From positions 7,105,093-7,169,092 of the forward strand of contig CAVNZM010000004.1 of NCBI GenBank assembly GCA_963693365.1: a stretch of DNA of 64,000 nt, written 5' to 3'. The notes under the pieces were generated by a model. The model was not told where the DNA came from. It was given only the letters and a program-made list of their open reading frames with translations, and did no database searches. The number at the start of each line of letters is the position of its first letter. The first letter of the stretch is position 1. Origin of the DNA: Amoebidium appalachense. Taxonomy: Eukaryota > Protista > Ichthyosporea. Below are positions 57,255 through 64,000 of this stretch, piece by piece. Position numbers and translations under genes: made by a program.

Positions 57255-58584
57255 TCCCCCTCTCTCTCATTCTACCCATGATGCCTCTCTTTCGCTCCCT
57301 TTCTCCCCCCCCCCCCCACTCCCCCCCCCCCCCCGAGTCTCTTTTTCTTGGCCCTCACTCTCTTTCCCTCCCTAGGTCTCTACCCCCCTCCCCCCCCCCC
57401 CTTCCCCCCACCCGTCCGAGCCTCCCCACCTACCCCCCCACCCTGCCTCCCTACCCTTCCCTCCCCACTCACCACCTGCAAAAGATGAGAGCCAAACCGT
57501 ATATTGAAAAGACAAACAAGCACCGATAGTAATAATAATCCTCGTAAGCCTATTTACCATTACTCCATTGCTAGCGCAATAGCACCACCTATATACTCAA
57601 CCCCTTGCACATTTATGTAGACCGTAAGTATGTGAGCGGTAGACCGACAATCGAAATTCTAATCTCCATCTCCCCGATTAGGCTGCCTTTGAGAAGATCA
57701 CACCCAGCACGGATCTGGACAAGCGCTTCCTGAAACTTGTGGCCGAGGGCGGTGCCCAGGGCTATGCTAGGGGGACCACGCTGCAGGCCCACACGGCAGA
57801 GTATATGGAGAACCTGGCATGCATTCCTGATGCCTCAAACCTTCTTTCCATCAACTCAATGCCCTCCTGCCAGGTTCCCCCCCCCCCCCCCTCCCCCCTT
57901 GCCCACCTTCCCACCGCCGTCTTCTCCGTTCTTTCCCCCTCCCCCCCCACACACTGACTTTGTTTTTGATCATCTTCATGCAATAGGCACCACTTGTGAA
58001 TGTCTACAGCGGGAACAAGGTGCGAGGCAATGATGTCTAACTGCCCCCCTCCCCCCTCCCCCCCCCCCCCCCCCCCCCCCCCCGTGCGGCCCCCTCCCCT
58101 TTACCTCAAATCCTTGCCCGGCCCTTTCCACTTCCTCTTTCTACCCCCGCCCCCCCCCTCTCCCTCCCTCCCTCCTCCCCCTCCCCCCACCCACCCCCCC
58201 TTCCCCCCCTCCCCTCTTCTCCCCCCTGCACCCCTAAGCCCCAACCCACCCACGCAACCCCCCTCCCCCCGCCACCACCACCACCACCACCACCACTGAC
58301 CCACCTACCCTTATATCACACACAGAAAACATCCACTGGTTCAAGTGGCGCGTCAAGCTCTCAGACTTCGGCCACGGGATCTTCCAATGACGACTATAAT
58401 GCAACCACGCGCAGTATTGCGGTTGCGGCCCTAGTTCTTGTTTTGCTTGCTATCGTGTTCATGCCTATTGCCATGTTTTTTATCGCACGCAGACAGGCAC
58501 TGAAGTGGGCTGCACAAAGCCAGATGCAACATCAAAGGCAGAAGGATGTCGATAGCGAGAGGTGAGATACCTCCCCTCCCCCCT

Positions 58585-58615
<31 letters not shown>

Positions 58616-58818
58616 CCCCCCCCTTCCCCTCCCCACCTCCCTCCCAACCCCACCTACCCTCCACCGCACACACACACACACACACACATGTGTGTGCACA
58701 CAACACAACACAACACATCCACAGTCACCCACGACCCCTCCACCAAGCTCAGCGGCTGCTGCTGCACTCCAACCCGTATATTTGTTTTGGGCTGGTAATG
58801 CTCATATTCAATACCAAG

Positions 58819-58871
<53 letters not shown>

Positions 58872-59123
58872 CCCCCTCCCCTCCCCTGCACGCGTGCGTG
58901 CACACACGCACACACACACAAATACACACACATACACACACACACACACATCCAGTCAACCCATTGTGAAGTTCACAAGCCAAGCACGGGAAATCCCTGT
59001 CAGCTCCAGCAACATAATCTGACGGAGTCTACCCCCCCATACATATACACAGCCACGTCACCAACGGCACACACGCACACACGCGCACACACACACACAC
59101 ATGTACACACACAGACACACACA

Positions 59124-59184
<61 letters not shown>

Positions 59185-59246
59185 CCACACACACAACACG
59201 CAGCTTCAACGGGCAACAGAACATTCCCCTGAATGGCCGTGCCTAA
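51972..59246 (+). CDS. Bilobal transferrin-family protein with signal peptide and C-terminal transmembrane helix
   Basis: Exons 51972-52059 (MARFAALFLAVLGGASSAHA), 52384-52561, 52891-53012 (YYVASAYVKKGS), 53339-53511 (KRSCHTGLQKSAG), 53818-54328 (PYSDYDGALQCLSEGAGDVAFV..VPAHAIV), 54673-54853, 55942-56227 (YYNAVSYVRK..KKSCHTGFAKSAG), 56641-56783 (YSNYGGALRCLSEGAGDVAF), 57063-57183 (VPSHPVV), 57682-57873, 58326-58561 (Ser-rich linker plus IAVAALVLVLLAIVFMPIAMFFIARR) and 59204-59246 (last exon uncertain). Phases are consistent. Confidence 0.9.
54895..55050. repeat. Tandem duplication (~65 bp) containing (TTA)/(TTG)n microsatellite, followed by a degenerate copy of the preceding exon end and donor
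   Basis: GTCTAATTTTTATTATTATTGTTGTAG(TTG)nTTTTGGTCGCTG occurs twice. GTGCAAAGTGGTTTTTTT at ~55029 resembles GTGCAAAAGTGGGTTTTTTT at 54846. Confidence 0.7.
55120..55770. repeat. Minisatellite, ~30 bp unit GCATTTTGCACTTTCAACCAATCAATAGGC, roughly 16-20 copies, inside a transferrin intron
   Basis: Head-to-tail copies, most regular from 55190 to 55630 and degenerate at both edges; no unique spacers. Confidence 0.9.
56402..56516. repeat. Perfect 57 bp tandem duplication (intronic)
   Basis: TGCGTGTGTGTAAGTGCAGTGCTAGATCCTTTGTCAGTACTATTTGCTGGAATTGGG occurs twice in tandem. Confidence 0.85.
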
Positions 59247-59366
59247 TTGCCGTTTTGACTTCTGCTGGACCGTGCTCTTTGCCCTCCCCTGGTCTCTTTC
59301 TCTTTCTACCAACCCCCTCCCTCTCCCCCCATGCTTTCCGCACGTGCACACACACACACACACACA

Positions 59367-59411
<45 letters not shown>

Positions 59412-59807
59412 AACACACACACACACACACACACATGCAGCTACAACGGTCGGCCATCCACCCAGTTTTCCAACGTGCCGATGCAGCCAATGAATGGTGA
59501 TCGTTGCTAAACTTTCCCAGCAGATTATCAATAGAACACCCCCCTTCACCCCCTCCTAGGGCACCCCTACAATAGTTTAATATCTCAAACCGCGGGTTTG
59601 GATGCCAGTAATGTCAGAAAAATCGACCTCATCGGTGCTTTTTTTTTGTGTGTGTAGAGAGAGATGATCAAGAGCGCGAAATTCTATAGAAGATAGATGC
59701 ATGATATTGAAGTTGTAATGAGAATGTGTGATTGGTTGCCAAAGTTCCGGTGGGGTATCTGATGATTTCAAGATTTGTGCTATTACGAAACCACTAACCG
59801 GTTATTG

Positions 59808-59856
<49 letters not shown>

Positions 59857-60221
59857 CGAATGAATGGCTTAGGCGCCTGCAGGGACGGGCCCTCCCATTG
59901 TAAATGGGTTGAGATGCATACAGAAATAAACAGCTACATCCAGACACCTTCCTATCTGTCTCTTGAAATTTGATTTTCAACCCCCCCTCCCCCCCCCCCC
60001 CCCCTCCTCTCCCCCCTCGACCATTACAACCACCACCACCTGCCTGCACACACGTTCCGCTCTAGAGCTGGTGGCCTTGAAAATGATGACGTCATACGTG
60101 AGGCATTTTCTGTGAGGCACTATGTTTGGCATTTGTGCGCCTTCGTACTTTGCCCCCCCCCCCCCCCCCCCCCCCCCCCTCCTCCTCCCCTAAGCCACCC
60201 CCCGGGCCCCGGGGGCTAAAC

Positions 60222-60254
<33 letters not shown>

Positions 60255-60342
60255 CGGAAAGGGCTGTAACAAAATGTAGCCGCTTTCAGCTACCTAATAT
60301 AAATAGCAGCTATAACATGCATCAACATTTCCCATACCCTCC

Positions 60343-60387
<45 letters not shown>

Positions 60388-60457
60388 AAAAAAAAAAAAA
60401 AGGACAAACCTCCCCTCTCCAGCCAAGTAAATAACATGGTGGGTCAAAAGGTCAACA

Positions 60458-60871
60458 CCATGCACAGGGACTGTGACATTTGATTTGGGTGGCATCAGTA
60501 GTTGCTGCAAAAGAGGCAAGGGTGAGGCTCAGGGCAATAGTTTCCCCTTCCAGTACTCACCCATTGACGGGACTGGCACCGTATGTTAAAGAAATAGTCT
60601 TTTTTCTGGGTACTCACCCATAGACGGGACTGGTACCGTATGTTAAAGAAATAGTCTTTTTTCCATGCACAGGGACTGTGACATTTGATTTGGGTGGCAT
60701 CAGTAGTTGCTGCAAAAGAGGCAAGGGTGAGGCTCAGGGCAATAGTTTCCCCTTCCAGTACTCACCCATTGACGGGACTGGCACCGTATGTTAAAGAAAT
60801 AGTCTTTTTTCTGGGTACTCACCCATAGACGGGACTGGTACCGTATGTTAAAGAAATAGTCTTTTTTCTGG
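60458..60871. repeat. 205 bp tandem duplication with a nested ~57 bp sub-duplication
   Basis: CCATGCACAGGGACTGTGAC... starts at 60458 and again at 60663. Each unit holds two copies of GTACTCACCCAT(T/A)GACGGGACTGG(C/T)ACCGTATGTTAAAGAAATAGTCTTTTTT. Confidence 0.9.
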
Positions 60872-62410
60872 GCGGGAGGGGGGAGGGTGGGGGGGTCCCT
60901 TTGGCCCACAGTTTTCTCATCCAAGTGGATCAGTTCTGTGGTACCAGGGAACCCCCTTTCCCCTCCCCCCCTCCCCCCCCCTCCCCCCCCCCCCCCCCCC
61001 CCCCCTCCCCCCCTCCCCCCTTCCCCACTGAGATAAGTCGGTACGACGGAGGCCCCTAGGTATAGGGAGATCGTGCACATAGGCTGCTAAAAAAACAGTG
61101 CTTCATAACTAATCACCAAAATAAAAACATAAACACAATAACCATAACCCTATGTGTGTCTGGGCCCTAAATGGGGGGCCTGCCGCCCCCCCAACCCCCC
61201 GCTAGAGGGGTAACGGCCCCTTGTATGTCGCTCGGGGATCGAACCGTTTCCCCCTGATTTTACGTCACTGAGTCGGATCGTGTTTTGTCCAATCGGATGC
61301 GAGCGAATGCGAGAGAGGGTTCGTCGTACGGAATATTGTGTCCCCCCACCCTCCCTCCCCCCGCCCGCCCGCCCGGCTTCCCTTACTTTAAGGGATTCTG
61401 TCTACCTTATACATTGCCAAATCTATAAAACGATTGGCTAATTCGGCGGGGACATGAGGCAATTGGTGAGAGATGCAAAGGGTGAAAGCCTAAACTTTAA
61501 GGGACACCGTGCGGCCCACTTAAAGGGAGGGGAAGGTGATGGATAAACGGGGAGGGGGAGGGGGGGGGGGGGGGGGGGGGGGGGGAGCGAGAGAGTCAGG
61601 ATCCGGAGGGGGAGGGGGGGGGCTGCTTCGGGGGGGGAAGCTAGAGAGCAAATGTGAGAGAGGGAGGGAGGGGGAGGGAGGGGGGAGTGTGAAGAGGGGG
61701 GGGGGAAGGGGGTATAAGCCGTGCAATTTCAGCACCTAATACCATACATGCCCGTGGAGATGGGAAACCATGCAGGGATGAACTGAAATCTTTTGTATGA
61801 GTATTTTGCCCTCTGTGTGTCAAGAGTGTGCGTACAGTGCCTGGTTCCCAGGGGCGGCGGGCGGGGGGGGGGGGGGGGGGGGGGGGGGGATCAGTAGATC
61901 AGAAGATAAATATCGTAGGATGAAGAGGAGAGAACGGCGATTGAACATGATTGGCTCGTGCGGAACATGTTGTCGGTTGTGGTGATTAGGGAGGCTTGAG
62001 GAGGATGGGAGAGGGGGGGGGGGGGGGAGGGGGGAGGGGAAGATTGACGGGGAAGAGGCCGGGGGCCGGGGGGGGGGGGGGGGGGGGGGGGGAGGAGGGG
62101 AGGAAGTGGGAAGGTGCTAGAGACCTGGGATTTGTTGAGCCTAGGGAACCCTTCATACTGCCCAATACCGTAATATGAGAAAGATGCCCCCCCTCCTCCC
62201 CGTCGTCCCCCCCCCCCTCTCTCTCTACTCCCCGCCCTCCCCCATTCCCAGCCCACACACTTGAGGCTCTCCCTTACACCCCCCCCCCCCCCCCCCCTCT
62301 TCCCTGCCCCTCCCCGGGGCCCGCCTTCCCCTCGTTTCCCCAAACTACCACCGGCAATCCCTCGAACCCCCCCTCCCCCCCCCCCTCCCTCCCCCCCCCC
62401 CCTCCCCCCC

Positions 62411-62467
<57 letters not shown>

Positions 62468-62605
62468 GAACACACCGGCCCAAGAAAACACACACACACA
62501 ACAAAAAAAAGAACCAGAAAAACGATAAAAGTTACATTATTGGTAGGGTGCATAAGCGCAAGCCGCTGCATGCATGGGAGGGAGAAAAGAAGGGGGGGGG
62601 GGGGA

Positions 62606-62639
<34 letters not shown>

Positions 62640-63244
62640 TTCGAGAGAAAAAAAATGTGTGCGCCCTCGAATTTGAAGTTCGAGGGGAGGGTTAAGAATG
62701 TCCCTCTAGTGCCCTCGCCCATGAGTTTTGGGCTGTAATAATATTCCCATTCCCCCTCTTTTTGGTTTTAAAGATTTTTTTTTTTTTTTTTTTTTTCCCC
62801 CGGGGGGGGGGGGGGAGGGGGGGGGGGGGGGGGAGGGGTTTGAATGCGTCAAAAAGTACGAATTACACAAGAACAAACGGATAACACGATGCAGAATGCA
62901 AGCCATACATAAAGAGTATGAATAATGGGGGGGCGGGGGAGAGGGGGGGGGGGGGGGGGGGGAGGGGTAAGGGGCATTGGGGGGGGGGGGGGGGGGGGTG
63001 ATTATTATGGTAACGGAAAATGATTGTTGTCTTTACGACAAGGGGTCCTTCGTTACGAGAATTGTCAACAGTGTCTGTTTCAATATTAGCGTGGCCCAAT
63101 CAGAATCGGTCAATGAGTGTTGGTGCATGATAAACAGCCAATCCAAGCACTTGTGGTGTGCCCCGGGATGCTTTTCATCAACGGTCGTGAGGACTCTTGC
63201 CGGAGGGGGGAAGGAGAAAGGGGGGGGGGGGAGGGAAGGGATGG

Positions 63245-63278
<34 letters not shown>

Positions 63279-63840
63279 GGGAGGGGGGTTGACAGACCAC
63301 TGGGCTGGTGGGTTGGACAGCAATTCTTTCCTTCACCTGTTGAAGGAAATGGAGGGTGGCGGGGTCCAAGTTTGTGCGAATCTCCCCCCCCTCCCCCCTC
63401 CCTCCCTCCCCCTCCCCCTCTCCCCGCGGACCACCACCCCCCACCCCCCCAACCCCCCCAAAAAGTACAAGGACAAAAAAAGGGGGGGGAGGGGAGGGGA
63501 GGGGAGGGGGGGGGGAAGGGGGTATGGCGGTCAGGTTTCGTCGGAAACATGAGAACTTGTCTGATTAAGGGCCTAAGGCCTCTGGTGCGACCAGGCGGGA
63601 GCACTGCCTGTGACATTCCTTTTTTGGCTAATGTAGTTGTACCGACTTTCAGACCATGCGGCATTAAGTGTAAAGGACACAATTACCTGGGCCTTAAAGC
63701 CAATCACTATGACCATCATCTCATGATATTGTGTGTGTGTGTGTGTGAGTGTGTGTGTGTGTGCGTGTGAGTGTGAGTGTGAGTGTATGTGTGTTTGTGT
63801 GCGTGTGTGTGTGTGTGTGTGCGCGCGCGCGTGCGTGCGC

Positions 63841-63875
<35 letters not shown>

Positions 63876-64000
63876 TGTGTGTGTGCATGCGTGTGTGCGT
63901 GCGTCGTGCGTGCGTGCATGCGTGTGTGTGCTGGTGTGCGTGTGCCCGGGCGTGCGGGCGCGCGAGTGAGCGCGCTGTTTCACGTGCGTGCTTGTGTGTA

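Noticed and set aside
58326-58490. GPI-anchor signal on the transferrin (melanotransferrin-like)
   Set aside because: The hydrophobic helix is followed by RR and more than 25 hydrophilic residues, which fits a type I TM anchor better than a terminal GPI signal.
61000-64000. Possible further gene at the right end of the window
   Set aside because: The non-repetitive islands (e.g. 63000-63200, 63540-63720) give no recognisable protein motif or consistent exon chain.

Overview
Intron-rich eukaryotic genomic DNA saturated with (CA/TG)n, (GA)n and (TA)n microsatellites and long G/C homopolymers; almost all ORFs in the supplied track are repeat read-throughs. The taxon cannot be fixed from sequence alone (a unicellular opisthokont/holozoan-like protist is a guess). 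Splicing by hand at GT..AG sites gives six genes: (1) the 3' part of a tandem-domain globin ending in a CaaX box (+, 186-2686); (2) GPI transamidase subunit PIG-T/GPI16 (-, 17 exons, 5387-20609); (3) a LanC-like protein (-, 23642-29984); (4) an atypical Ras-family GTPase with a ~425 aa Ser/Arg-rich tail (+, 31846-36559); (5) a DUF676-type alpha/beta-hydrolase (+, 40933-48126) with a PIF/Harbinger MITE in one intron; (6) a two-lobed, signal-peptide plus transmembrane transferrin-family protein (+, 51972-59246). Also present are a long-inverted-repeat element, several minisatellites (one a CCAAT/TGCAC array inside the transferrin gene) and tandem duplications. Best leads: the membrane-anchored bilobal transferrin, the putatively prenylated multi-globin, and a splice-site architecture in which (CA)n tracts run straight into the 3' AG in place of a polypyrimidine tract. 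Family assignments rest on remembered motifs, not database searches.
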